A stretch of DNA of 64,000 nucleotides from an uncultured delta proteobacterium (GTDB lineage: Bacteria; Myxococcota_A; Polyangia; Haliangiales; Haliangiaceae). Both the position numbers and the translations under genes were made by a program. The stretch is taken from positions 1 to 64,000 of the forward strand of contig CAVUQH010000008.1 in the NCBI GenBank assembly GCA_963743525.1, read 5' to 3'. The notes beneath the pieces are model-generated. The model did no database searches. It was not told where the DNA came from and saw only the letters and a list, made by a program, of their open reading frames with translations. This document shows positions 52,335-62,312 of the stretch, piece by piece. How positions within the stretch are numbered: position 1 is the first letter of the stretch; each line of letters opens with the position of its first letter.

Positions 52335-53585
52335 ATGACTGTGACCGGAACGCTCGGAATCCTCGTGGGCGGTGGCCCCGCGCCGGGGATCAACTCGGTG
52401 ATCTCGGCAGCGACGATCGAGGCGCGAAACCGCGGGTACCGCGTGCTCGGCATCCACGAGGGGTTTCGCTGGTTGATGCAGCGCGACACCGAACATGTGC
52501 GCGAGCTGTCGCACGACGACGTCAGTCGCATCCACCTGACCGGCGGCTCGGTGCTGGGGACGGCCCGCGACAACCCGACCAAGCGCGACGAGTCGATGGT
52601 GGCCGTGGTCGACACGCTGACCCAACTCGGCGTCACCCACCTGGTGACCATCGGCGGCGACGACACTGCATTGTCGTCGAGTCACGTTGACCGGAATACC
52701 GGCAAGGGCATCCGCACCGCGCACGTGCCCAAGACCATCGACAACGATCTGCCGCTGCCGGATCACGTGCCGACGTTCGGCTTCCAGACCGCACGGCACG
52801 TCGGCGCCGAGGCCGTGCACAGCTTTGCCGAGGACGCCCGGTCGACGCGGCGCTGGTACGTGGTGGTGGCAATGGGCCGCCATGCTGGCCACCTGGCGCT
52901 GGGCATCGGCAAGGCGGCAGGCGCCACGCTCACCATCATCGCCGAGGAGCTCACCGCTCCGGTGGTCCCGTTCGGTGACATCTGCGACATCGTCGAGGGT
53001 GCGATCATCAAGCGGCGGGCGATGGGCATGCACCACGGCGTCGCGGTGCTGGCCGAGGGGTTGATCGGCAAGCTCGATCCGGCCGAGCTGGCCGAGCTAC
53101 AGGACATCGAACGCGACGATCACGGCCACATCCGCATGGCCGAGGTCGACCTGGCGCGCAAGATCAAGGTCGAGCTGCAGGGGCGGTTCTTGCGCCGCGG
53201 CATCAAGGTGCAGGTCACCAACAAGAAGATCGGCTACGAGCTGCGCTGCGCCGACCCGATCGCGTTCGACGCCGCCTACTGTCGCGACCTCGGCTATCAC
53301 GCGGTCCGCTTCATGGCCGAAGGCGGCTCCGGCGCCATGGTCACGGTGCAGGACGGCCGCATGGTGCCGATTCCGTTCGAGCAGATGCGCACTCCCGAGG
53401 GACGCACCCGCGTGCGCATGGTCGATCCGAAATCCGAGAGCTACCGCGTCGCCCGCGAGTACATGCTGCGGCTCGATCCCGAAGATTTCGCCGATCCGGC
53501 GTGGGTCGAGAAGCTGGCCGAGGCCGGTGGCACGACCGCCGACGAGCTGCGGGCGCGCTTTGCCCCCGGATTGGAGGTTCGCTGA
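52335..53585 (+). CDS. pfp: Pyrophosphate-dependent 6-phosphofructokinase
   Basis: GGGPAPGIN, GGDDT, PKTIDND, MGR, GYELRC. Confidence 0.92.
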   Translation: MTVTGTLGILVGGGPAPGINSVISAATIEARNRGYRVLGIHEGFRWLMQRDTEHVRELSHDDVSRIHLTGGSVLGTARDNPTKRDESMVAVVDTLTQLGVTHLVTIGGDDTALSSSHVDRNTGKGIRTAHVPKTIDNDLPLPDHVPTFGFQTARHVGAEAVHSFAEDARSTRRWYVVVAMGRHAGHLALGIGKAAGATLTIIAEELTAPVVPFGDICDIVEGAIIKRRAMGMHHGVAVLAEGLIGKLDPAELAELQDIERDDHGHIRMAEVDLARKIKVELQGRFLRRGIKVQVTNKKIGYELRCADPIAFDAAYCRDLGYHAVRFMAEGGSGAMVTVQDGRMVPIPFEQMRTPEGRTRVRMVDPKSESYRVAREYMLRLDPEDFADPAWVEKLAEAGGTTADELRARFAPGLEVR

Positions 53586-54838
53586 TGGCCATGAAGCGCA
53601 TCGGAATCATCGTCGGTGGCGGTCCCGCGCCGGGCACCAACGCGGCGATCGCGTCGGCGGCCATCGCCGCCATCCGCCGCGGCTGCGTGCCGGTCGGCTT
53701 CCACGACGGCTTCCACTGGTTGGCCCAGCGCTACACCGACGAGCAGCACGAGATGACCATCGCCGAAGTGTCGCGCGCGCACCTGATGGGCGGCGTCATG
53801 CTGCGTTCGTCGCGCGCCGATCCGGCGGCCGATCCGACCCGCTTGCGCAACACCGTTAACGCGCTGCGCAAGCTGGCCATCGACGGGCTGGTGGCCATCG
53901 GCGGCGACGACATGGTGCGCAGCGCGCTGGCCATCGAGCGCGAGTCGGGCGGGCGCATTCGCGTGGTCCTGGTGCCCAAGACCATCGACAACGATCTGGC
54001 GCTGCCGGCTCCGGTCGAGACCCTGGGCTACGAGACCGCGCGGCACGTCGCGGTGCAGCTGGTCAAGAACCTGATGGAGGACGCGCGGACCACCGGCCGC
54101 TGGTATCTGGGCGTGACCATGGGCCGCCCGACCGGGCACCTGACCCTGGGCATCGGCAAGGCGGCCAGCGCCACCTGCACCATCATCCCCGAGGAGTTCG
54201 GGCCCGGCGCGGTGAGCCTGTCCGACATCGCCGACATCGTCGAGGGCTCGATCATCAAGCGCCGGGCATTGGGCAAGCCGCACGGCGTGGCGCTGCTCAG
54301 CGAGGCGCTGGTCGAGCGGTTCGATCCCGCCGAGGTCGAGGAGCTGCAGGACGTCGACCGCGACGCCCAGGGCAACATCCGCGTCACCGAGATCGACCTC
54401 GGCCGCAAGGTGCTCAACCAGGTGTCCATGCGCCTGGAGAAGCGCGGCATCAAGGTGTCGATCGTCGACAAGACCATCGGCTACGAGCTGCGCTGCGCGC
54501 CGCCGCTGCCGATGGAGGTCGAGTACGCCCGCGACCTCGGCTACGCGGCGGTGCGCCATCTGATCGCCGGCGGCGGCGGCGCGGCCATCACCATTCAGGC
54601 CGGCGCGCCGCGGGCGGTGGCGCTGGCCGACTGCGTCGACCCGGCCACCGGGCGCGGCCGCCAGCGCGCCGTCGACGTCACCCGCGAGGAGTACCAGGTC
54701 GCGCGCGCCTACATGATCCGCCTGGAGCCGTCGGACTTCGTCGACGACGACCGGGTGGCGTCACTGGCTCGCGCGGGCGGGCTCGACGTGGATGCCTTCC
54801 GCAGCCACTTCGCTCGCCTCGCCGGCGCGCCGGCGTAG
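53585..54838 (+). CDS. pfp: Second PPi-type phosphofructokinase paralog
   Basis: GGAGG RBS, TGATG overlap; GGGPAPGTN, GGDD, PKTIDND, MGR, GYELRC. Confidence 0.88.
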   Translation: MAMKRIGIIVGGGPAPGTNAAIASAAIAAIRRGCVPVGFHDGFHWLAQRYTDEQHEMTIAEVSRAHLMGGVMLRSSRADPAADPTRLRNTVNALRKLAIDGLVAIGGDDMVRSALAIERESGGRIRVVLVPKTIDNDLALPAPVETLGYETARHVAVQLVKNLMEDARTTGRWYLGVTMGRPTGHLTLGIGKAASATCTIIPEEFGPGAVSLSDIADIVEGSIIKRRALGKPHGVALLSEALVERFDPAEVEELQDVDRDAQGNIRVTEIDLGRKVLNQVSMRLEKRGIKVSIVDKTIGYELRCAPPLPMEVEYARDLGYAAVRHLIAGGGGAAITIQAGAPRAVALADCVDPATGRGRQRAVDVTREEYQVARAYMIRLEPSDFVDDDRVASLARAGGLDVDAFRSHFARLAGAPA

Positions 54839-55073
54839 CGGTCAGGGGCAGGCCAGGCCGGCGGTGGTTGACGTCGAACCCCATATCGGTGGGCCCCTCG
54901 GCAACCACGCTGACCTCCATGTGGGGTGTGGCGGCGCCCGGATCGGTCTCGACCAGCTCGATGCGATAGGCGGCCAGGGCGTCTGCCGCCGGCGCCGAAT
55001 CTACGGCAGTGCTGCTGTTGTCGCCGGCGCAGGCAACAAGCAGAAGGGAGAGCGCGAGCAGTGTGGCCTTCAT
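54709..55073 (-). CDS. Small lipoprotein, probably truncated
   Basis: MKATLLALSLLLVAC lipobox; the tail runs antisense into pfp. Confidence 0.4.
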
Positions 55074-55081
55074 CGGTCGCT

Positions 55082-55420
55082 TCAGTTGTTGGGCAGGCAG
55101 GGGACGCAGGCGCCGACCAGCTGGCCGTTGCAGTCGGCGTCGACGCACACGCCGCAGCCGATGTTGTCCCTGATGTAGGCGGGCACCTCGTCGGGCGCGA
55201 CCGAGCAGATGCCGTCGTCGGAGCCGTCGTCGCCGCCGACCGGGACGACGACCGCATCGAGCTGCGCCGGCAGGTCGGCGGCAGTGGCGATCGCGCGGGC
55301 GCCGTCGTAGTCCCACACGGTGACCTGGACGGCACCCTGGGACGGCGCCTCGTCGGCGACGCAGGCGCCGAAGCCGGCGAGAAGAGCGATCGAGATGGCG
55401 ATGTGAACGAGCCTGGTCAT
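55082..55420 (-). CDS. Small Cys-rich lipoprotein
   Basis: AGGGGGA RBS, FGAC lipobox, six C-terminal Cys. Confidence 0.75.
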   Translation of the reverse strand: MTRLVHIAISIALLAGFGACVADEAPSQGAVQVTVWDYDGARAIATAADLPAQLDAVVVPVGGDDGSDDGICSVAPDEVPAYIRDNIGCGVCVDADCNGQLVGACVPCLPNN

Positions 55421-55453
55421 GTTGGTCCCCCTGGTTGTTGACGCGCTGGGTAG

Positions 55454-55469
55454 TGCAGCGGTCGTGCCA
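55454..55469 (-). promoter_or_regulatory. sigma54 -24/-12 promoter
   Basis: Minus strand TGGCACGACCGCTGCA. Confidence 0.7.
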
Positions 55470-55531
55470 CCCGCCAGGGCGCAGGTAAGCGCTCGCAATG
55501 ACCCGCGAAACCACGCCGCGACTGGGGCGAG

Positions 55532-55581
55532 TTCCCATGGTGGGAAGCGCCCCGATCGTTCCCGACTTCCCATGCTGGGAA
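55532..55581. promoter_or_regulatory. Paired palindromes, candidate sigma54 enhancer
   Basis: TTCCCATGGTGGGAA (55532-55546) and TTCCCATGCTGGGAA (55567-55581). Confidence 0.6.
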
Positions 55582-55659
55582 GCCGCGCCGGTCAGCTCTC
55601 TCGCGCGCGCGGAATGCCCAACCGGGCCATCTTGGTTGAACAGCCAGCGGCGCGAGATC

Positions 55660-56328
55660 CCGCGCCCGTGCCGCGTCCGTCAGCGCGATGTCCGATGACT
55701 CGCCCATTCGCCGGGCCGCGGCGCGGGCGAACTGCTCGGCCAGCGGCAGGATCTCCTCGCCGCGCTCGCGCAGCGGCGGGATGGTCAGGCTGAACCCGTT
55801 GAGGCGGAAGAACAGATGAGCGTCCAGCAGGCCGATCTTGCGCTGGGTGGCGCCGGTGAAGGCACCCTTCTCGTGGCCGAACAGCTCGCTCTCGAGCAAG
55901 GTCTCGCTGAATCCGGCGCAGTTCAGCCGCAGCAGCGGCTGGTCGGCACGCGGTGACAACCGGTGCAGCTCCTCGGCGACGATCTCCTTGCCGACGCCGG
56001 TCTCGCCCAGCACCAGAACGTTGACGCCACCGCGTGCGACTCGCGGAAGCAGTCCGTGCAGCTCGCGCATCGCCGGGCTCTCGATGACCAGGCCGGGGTT
56101 GGCGTCAACCTCGTCGTCGGGGCGGATGGCATCGCAGGCGGCGGCGAACAGATCGTCGGCCGAGCGCGCGTCGGTCGGGTGACAGGCCGCGCCGACCAGG
56201 CCGCCCACCAGCGCCTGCGCTTCGCCGGCGACCGCGCGAACCTTGCCAGGGAGCTGGCCGGTCGCGCCGAAGCCGGCTTTGCCGCCCTGGGGCCCGGCCG
56301 CGCCAGCGAGCGTGCGGCCGTGCGCCAT
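55660..56328 (-). pseudogene. sigma54-dependent activator with internal deletions
   Basis: GETGVGKE, LNCA, ESELFGHEKGAFTGA join directly to LFFRLN..PPLRER; no Walker B (FLDE), no WPGN, no HTH. Confidence 0.75.
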
Positions 56329-56348
56329 TGGCTGGCATACTCGGCGCG

Positions 56349-57542
56349 ATGAGCAACGGCGAAGACCCCTGGGCTGGCGCAGATCCCAACGCGCCCGACT
56401 TCAAGGACGAGCTGCACGCGCGCTACCACGCGCTGCGCAGCAAATACCCGGTGCACAGAACGCCGCGGGGGATGTGGCGGCTGACCCGCTACGACGACTG
56501 CCAGAAGCTGCTCAAGCACAGCAAGGGCGGGGTGCGCACCAGCGGCGGGATCCTGCCGTTCGTCAACGAGAAGACCACCTTCGCCCAGTTCATGCTGCAG
56601 CAGGATCCGCCCAACCACACCCGGCTGCGGTCGCTGGTGCAGAAGGCGTTCACGCCGCGGGCGTTGGCCAACATCGAGGAGAAGATCGCGCGCACCACCG
56701 ACGAGCTGCTCGACGCCGTGGCCGATCAGCAGCGGATCGATCTGGTCGCCAGCCTGGCCCAGCCGCTGCCGTCGGCGATGATCTGCGACATGCTCGGCGT
56801 GCCCCTCGACGATCGGGCCGAGTTCATCGGCTGGACCGGCGACTTCACCTACTCGCTGCTGGGCCCGTTCGCCAGCGACGAGCAGCGGACCCGGGCCAAC
56901 GCCGCCGGCGCAAAGCTCGAGCAATACGTCACGGAGTTGATCGACGAGCGCCGGTCGCAGCCGGCCGACGATCTGCTCACGCTGCTGATCCGCGCCGAAG
57001 AGCAGGGCGACCGGCTGACGCACGACGAGCTGGTCGCGCAGAGCGTCGGCCTGCTGATCGCCGGGTTCGAGACCACCACCGGGCTGATCGCCAACGGCGC
57101 CCGCGCGCTGATCATGCACCCGGATCAGCTCGCCCGCCTGCGCGCGCAGCCCGAGCTGATCGACAGCGCGGTCGAGGAGTGCCTGCGCTTCGACCCGCCG
57201 ATCGTCGCCACCGGTCGCTTCCTCCACGAGGAGACCGAGTTCGGCGGCCGGATGCTGCCCAGGGATTCGCGGGTCATGGCCATCATCATCGCCGCCAACC
57301 GCGACCCGGAGCAGTTCCCCGACCCGGACCGCTTCGACATTGCGCGCACGCCCAACCGGCACATGGCGTTTGGCGGCGGCGTGCACAACTGCCTGGGTGG
57401 ACACCTCGCTCGGCTCGAGGGTCGCGCCGCCTTCGGTCGCCTGTTCGAGCGCCTGGGCGACCTGCAGCTCGAGAGCGAAAAGGTCACCTGGGGCCCGTCA
57501 GTGTTCCGCATCCCCGGCGAGCTATGGGTGACCCGGAGCTGA
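56349..57542 (+). CDS. Cytochrome P450
   Basis: DPPNHTRLR, AGFETT, EECLR, ANRDP, FGGGVHNCLG. Confidence 0.96.
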   Translation: MSNGEDPWAGADPNAPDFKDELHARYHALRSKYPVHRTPRGMWRLTRYDDCQKLLKHSKGGVRTSGGILPFVNEKTTFAQFMLQQDPPNHTRLRSLVQKAFTPRALANIEEKIARTTDELLDAVADQQRIDLVASLAQPLPSAMICDMLGVPLDDRAEFIGWTGDFTYSLLGPFASDEQRTRANAAGAKLEQYVTELIDERRSQPADDLLTLLIRAEEQGDRLTHDELVAQSVGLLIAGFETTTGLIANGARALIMHPDQLARLRAQPELIDSAVEECLRFDPPIVATGRFLHEETEFGGRMLPRDSRVMAIIIAANRDPEQFPDPDRFDIARTPNRHMAFGGGVHNCLGGHLARLEGRAAFGRLFERLGDLQLESEKVTWGPSVFRIPGELWVTRS

Positions 57543-57563
57543 TCTCGCCGAGGCCTGGTCGCG

Positions 57564-58262
57564 CTAGCGCAACTCGGCGATCGCCCCGTCGAGCCAGTCG
57601 AGGTACCAGGCAGCGAACGTGGTCCGCTCGCGGTCGCCGCGGCTGACGGGCGCGATGCCGAGCTGGTCGGCCGAGGCGTCATGCCAGACGTGCCCGGCCT
57701 CGGGCCCGCTGACGACCAACCAGTCGCGCAGCGCGCACCCGTGGTGGCAGATGGGAATGCAGCCGAACTGGGTGCCGACGGCTGCCCAGTAGGCTTCCTC
57801 TGCCTCGCCTGCCTCGTCCCCGTCGAACCACTCGTCCCTGGCCGCCTCGTACTCTTCGGCCGTCTCGTAGTCGTCGGGTCGGGGGGCGCCGCGCTCGGCG
57901 ATGGTGAGGTCGTTCCACTGGCTCTGGTGGGGAAACGGCTTTCCCGGCGCAAGCTTCCACGTGGTCCACGGCGCGTAGCCGTAGCTGTCGTCGATCATGC
58001 CGAACGGCAGCACGCCGTAGCCCGGTCCGGCCCCGCCGCCACCGAGCTCGGTGACGAACGCCCGGTAGTCGGCGGGAAACTGGAACCCGTGGGTCGTCTC
58101 CATGGCCGTGACGGTGTCGTTGCCGACGGTCGCGGCGAGGCGATACTCGTGACTGCTGGCGCCGAAGATCGACAGCTTGGGATCGAGCCGCCGGAGCTCC
58201 GCGAGACCTGTTCGCACTCGTTCGACGAAGCCGACGGCGGCTGCGCGACGTTTCGCGCCCAT
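57564..58262 (-). CDS. SMI1/KNR4 family protein
   Basis: FGASSHEY, FPADYRAFV..GGGAGPGYG, ICHHGC..LVVSG..GHVW, FAAWY..WLD. Confidence 0.88.
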   Translation of the reverse strand: MGAKRRAAAVGFVERVRTGLAELRRLDPKLSIFGASSHEYRLAATVGNDTVTAMETTHGFQFPADYRAFVTELGGGGAGPGYGVLPFGMIDDSYGYAPWTTWKLAPGKPFPHQSQWNDLTIAERGAPRPDDYETAEEYEAARDEWFDGDEAGEAEEAYWAAVGTQFGCIPICHHGCALRDWLVVSGPEAGHVWHDASADQLGIAPVSRGDRERTTFAAWYLDWLDGAIAELR

Positions 58263-59038
58263 CAGGCGACCGGTGGAGTGACGAGGGCGAAGGCGGCGCC
58301 CTGCGGATCGAGCAGCTGCACGATCCGCTGGCCACCGGGAACCTCCATCGGTCCATTGAGGACGGTGGCGCCGCGGGCCTTGGCCCGATCGAGGGTGCCG
58401 TCGAGGTCGTCGGTGGTCACGTAGAACATCCACGACGGCGGCACCGCGCGGCCGTCGGGCGTCTTCATGCCCTCGGGCATGGTCATCATGCCGCCGAGCT
58501 GGACGCCGTTGCGGCCCCACAAGAGGTAGATGCCCATCGGTCCCATGTCGTGCTCGCCCAGCTTCTCCCAGCCGGCGATCTGCTGATAGAAGGAGAAGGC
58601 TGCCTGGTAGTCGGTGGTGTACAGCTCGTGCCACGAGAACTCGCCCGGCTGCGACGCGTCGTGGGACGTCATTTCGTTGGCTGGCCGGAAGACCGACAGC
58701 ACGGCGCCTTGCGGATCGGCGATCACGGCGAAGCGGCCGACCTCGGGCACCTCTTCGGTGTGGATGATGCGCCCGCCCAGCTCCACGACCCTGGCGACAG
58801 TGGCGTCGAGGTCGGCGACCTCGACGTTGGCCTGCCAGAACGGCGAGGCGCCCATCTGCACGGCGGCGTCGGGCAGCTGGGTAACGCCGCCCAGCGGCCC
58901 CTGGCTGCCGACCCACATGGTGTAGTCGTCACCGAACGGCTCGGTCTTCCAGCCGATGACCTCGGTGTAGAAGGCGATCGCGCCCTGCGGATCGCTGGTG
59001 AGCAACTCGAACCAAACGAAGCGACCGGTTTCAGCCAT
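58262..59038 (-). CDS. VOC family protein (two glyoxalase domains)
   Basis: [21 protein letters not shown] twice, FSWHEL. Confidence 0.93.
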   Translation of the reverse strand: MAETGRFVWFELLTSDPQGAIAFYTEVIGWKTEPFGDDYTMWVGSQGPLGGVTQLPDAAVQMGASPFWQANVEVADLDATVARVVELGGRIIHTEEVPEVGRFAVIADPQGAVLSVFRPANEMTSHDASQPGEFSWHELYTTDYQAAFSFYQQIAGWEKLGEHDMGPMGIYLLWGRNGVQLGGMMTMPEGMKTPDGRAVPPSWMFYVTTDDLDGTLDRAKARGATVLNGPMEVPGGQRIVQLLDPQGAAFALVTPPVA

Positions 59039-59150
59039 GGCCGGCAGCATCACCGATCGGTCGCGGGTTGTCGACCGCGGGCCAGGAGATGATGACCGGG
59101 GAAAGGCGGGCTGTCGGAGGCGACCGCGGCCACCCACCGACAGCGTCCGT

Positions 59151-61777
59151 TCAGCGCCGGGTGACCGCCACGCGCCGGCGGCGCGCCAGCGCGAGGGCCA
59201 TGGCGACCAGCAGTAGCGACGCCGGACCGCCGTCGCCGCCGGCATCGCAGCCGCCGCCCGAGCCCATCTTGGGATCACACGCGTCACCCAACCCATCCGC
59301 GTCGCTGTCCGACTGATTGGCGTTGGGGACGAACGGGCAGTTGTCGTCTCTATTGGTGACGCCGTCGCCGTCCGCGTCGAGACCGTCGGAGGTGTCGCAG
59401 GCATCGCCCAGGCCGTCGGAATCGGCATCTGCCTGATCGGCATTGGCGACGAACGGGCAGTTGTCGGCGGTGTTGGCGACGCCGTCACCGTCGACGTCGT
59501 TGCCGTTGGAGTCGTCGCAGGCGTCGCCGATGCCGTCGGAGTCGACGTCTTCCTGGCCGGCGTTGGCGACGAACGGGCAGTTGTCGGCGGCGTTGGCGAC
59601 GCCGTCACCGTCAACGTCGAGGCCAACGGAGGTGTCGCAGGCATCGCCGATGCCGTTGCCGTCGGAGTCGCTCTGCGAGCTGTTGGCGACGAACGGGCAG
59701 TTGTTGACTGCGTTGGCGACCCCGTCACCGTCGACGTCGAGGCCGTCGGTGTTGTCGCAGGCGTCGCCGAGCCCGTCACCATCGCTGTCGGTCTGGGCGT
59801 TGTTGGCGACGAACGGGCAGTTGTCTGCGCTGTTGGCGATGCCGTCACCGTCGACGTCGAGGCCGTCGGAGCTGTCGCAGGCGTCGCCGAGCCCGTCACC
59901 ATCGGTGTCGGTCTGGGCGTTGTTGGCGACGAACGGGCAGTTGTCTGCGCTGTTGGCGATGCCGTCACCGTCGACGTCGAGGCCGTCGGAGCTGTCGCAG
60001 GCGTCGCCGAGCCCGTCACCATCGGTGTCGGTCTGGGCGTTGTTGGCGACGAACGGGCAGTTGTCGGCGGCTGTTGATCGACGCCGTCGCCATCGACGTC
60101 GTTGCCGTCGGAGCTGTCACAGGCGTCGCCGAGCCCGTCGCCGTCGGAGTCGGTCTGGGCGTTGTTGGCGACGAACGGGCAGTTGTCGGCGGCGTTGATC
60201 ACGCCGTCGCCATCGACATCCAGGTTGTTGGTGGCGTCGCAGGCGTCGCCGATGCCGTCACCGTCGGTGTCGGTCTGATCGTTGGCGATCAGGGGGCAGT
60301 TGTCGAAGGCGTCGGCGAAGCCGTCCTGATCCAGGTCGCTGCCGCCGCTCACGGTGTCGCAGGCGTCGCCGATGCCGTCTGCATCCACGTCGGCCTGCCC
60401 GGCATTTGCCACCAGCGGGCAGTTGTCCGCCGCGTTGGTGACGCCGTCGCCGTCTTCGTCTTCGCCGTAGACTCCGGTCGAGTTGGCGAACACCGCGCTG
60501 TTCGAGACCGAGGCGCTGCCGCCGTTGTTGTACAGCGCGCCCTCGACGCCCTGGCCGGACTCGCCGGGGGCGTGGGCGTAGCTCGCCCCGCCACCGCCGC
60601 CAAACGCCGCGTTTCCGCTGATCAGCGTGTTCGTGATGGTCGCGGATCCCGAGCTGTCAACGAAGATCGCGCCGCCGATGCCAGCGCCGCCGCCGCCGCC
60701 GCCGCCGCCGGAGTAGACGGCGTCGGATCCCGCGCCGCCGCCGAAGCCACCCGGGCCGCCACCCTGGCCGCTGCCGTTGCCGGTTTGCGCGCCGCTGCCG
60801 CCGCCGCCGCCGCCGAAGCCGCCCGCACCGCCCGCGTAGCCGACCGCGCTGGTGCTGGCACCACCGCCGCCGCCGCCGCCGAAACCGCCCGCGCCACCCG
60901 TCGCCGTGCCCGCGCCGCCGCTGCCGCCGTTGCCGCCGCCACCGCCGCCCGTCCCGTTGTACGAGCCGTTGTTGCCGCTGCTGTTGCCGCCGTTGCCGCC
61001 GAACGCGACGTTGCCGGTGAACTGTCCGTTGGTGATGGTCACCGTGCCTCGAGTGAACAAGCCCCCGCCCAGGCCAGCGCCGCCACCGCCGCCACCACCG
61101 GCGCCGGCGGTGGTTCCATTGCTGCCGGTGCCGCCGAACGCGATGTTGTCTTTGACCGTGGTGTTGACCAGCGACAGCGTGCTGGTAGAGACGTTGAAGA
61201 TGCCGCCGCCACCGCCCATGTCGGTGCCACCGGTGGGGATCGTGCCGTCACTTCCCAGGGCTACATTGCCGGTGACGATGACGGAGTCGAGGGTCAGCGT
61301 CGCGTTGTCGTTGAGGATGCCACCGCCTCCGCCCACGATGCGTCCGCCGGTGATGGTGAGGTCCTGGATGGTGACGATCGCGCCGATCGTGTGCACGACC
61401 CGGTCGATACCGCCGCCGTCGATCGTGGCGCGTCCGTTCAGCACCGTGATGGTGAGGTCGCTGGAAATGTCGAGGTCGCCGGTCTGGTTGGCGTCCTCGC
61501 TGGCGCCGGCGACGGTCAGCAGATAGGTGCTGCCGGCCGTGAGTCGCACGACGTCGGCGCCGGAGCCGGCGGTGCATCCGTCGACAGCGGCGTCGGTATT
61601 CGCCGCCTCGATCGCCTCGCGCAGTGAGCAGTCGCCCGCGGTGTCGATCCCGTCGGCTTCGGTATCGACGACGATTGTCGCGGCCGCGGCGCCGCGAGCG
61701 GCAATCGCCACCCCGAATGCGCAGACAGCTACGCCAACCGCTCGCCGCAGTGAGCTCGAACGCGTGGAAATCCCCAT
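59151..61777 (-). CDS. Surface protein: CSLREA domain, Gly-rich region, thrombospondin type-3 repeats, MYXO-CTERM; frameshift near 60075
   Basis: [23 protein letters not shown] repeats; C-terminus [23 protein letters not shown]. Confidence 0.9.
59275..60460 (-). repeat. Coding tandem repeats of about 120 bp (TSP3)
   Basis: About 10 units; 59821-59940 and 59941-60060 are identical. Confidence 0.9.
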
Positions 61778-61823
61778 CGCGGTACTTTTGCACAAAAACG
61801 CGCGATGAACATTACAAAACAGG

Positions 61824-61844
61824 GGCGAAACCACGCGTTTCGCC
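61824..61844 (-). terminator. Intrinsic terminator candidate after arsC
   Basis: GGCGAAAC-N5-GTTTCGCC followed by CCTGTTTTGT on the minus strand. Confidence 0.5.
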
Positions 61845-61863
61845 GCTCGACCATCCGGAGTGA

Positions 61864-62247
61864 CTACGACAGGAACGGCGGCACGCGGTCGCGCGGTCGG
61901 CCGATGATGGCGCGTTCACCGCGGACGATCACCGGTCGCTGGAGCAGCTGGCCGTGCTTCTCGAGGATGTTGACGACCGCCTTCGGGTTGCCGACGTAAT
62001 CCTCGGCGCGCAGGCCCAGCTTCTTGAACTGGGAATCCTTGCGCACCAGGTCTTCGACCGGGTCCTCGACGATCGCGACCAGGTGCTCGAGCGCGGCGCG
62101 ATCCGGACGCTCGGCCTTCTTCATGTACAGAACCGGAGTGAAGCTGATCCCTTTTTCCTCGGCGACCGCCGTGGCGTAGACCGAGGTGCTTCAATTCGGG
62201 TTGTGATAGATGGTGACGGACGCGTTGGTCCGCGGCTTCAGGCCCAT
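61864..62247 (-). CDS. arsC: ArsC-family (arsenate reductase-like) protein, probable selenoprotein (TGA at 62191-62193)
   Basis: [24 protein letters not shown] in frame with LVRKD, LLQRPVI, IGRP. Confidence 0.85.
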
Positions 62248-62312
62248 GCCTGTTGGTAACCCAGGCGCGCCGGCTGCTCAAGTGCCCGCGGCATCGATGG
62301 TACGTTCGCGTC

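Noticed and set aside
57564..58262. Toxin-immunity pair
   Set aside because: The SMI1/KNR4 gene has no adjacent toxin gene; it appears to be an orphan.
59275..60460. Possible CRISPR array
   Set aside because: The units are in-frame coding repeats with no unique spacers, and there are no cas genes.
60690..61110. GCC microsatellite-like tracts
   Set aside because: They encode the Gly-rich region of the surface protein.
58262..61834. 1190-aa CSLREA-VOC fusion ORF
   Set aside because: Artefact of the frameshift near 60075. The middle is an off-frame Thr/Pro/Ser translation of TSP3 repeats, and the real protein ends in MYXO-CTERM at 59151.
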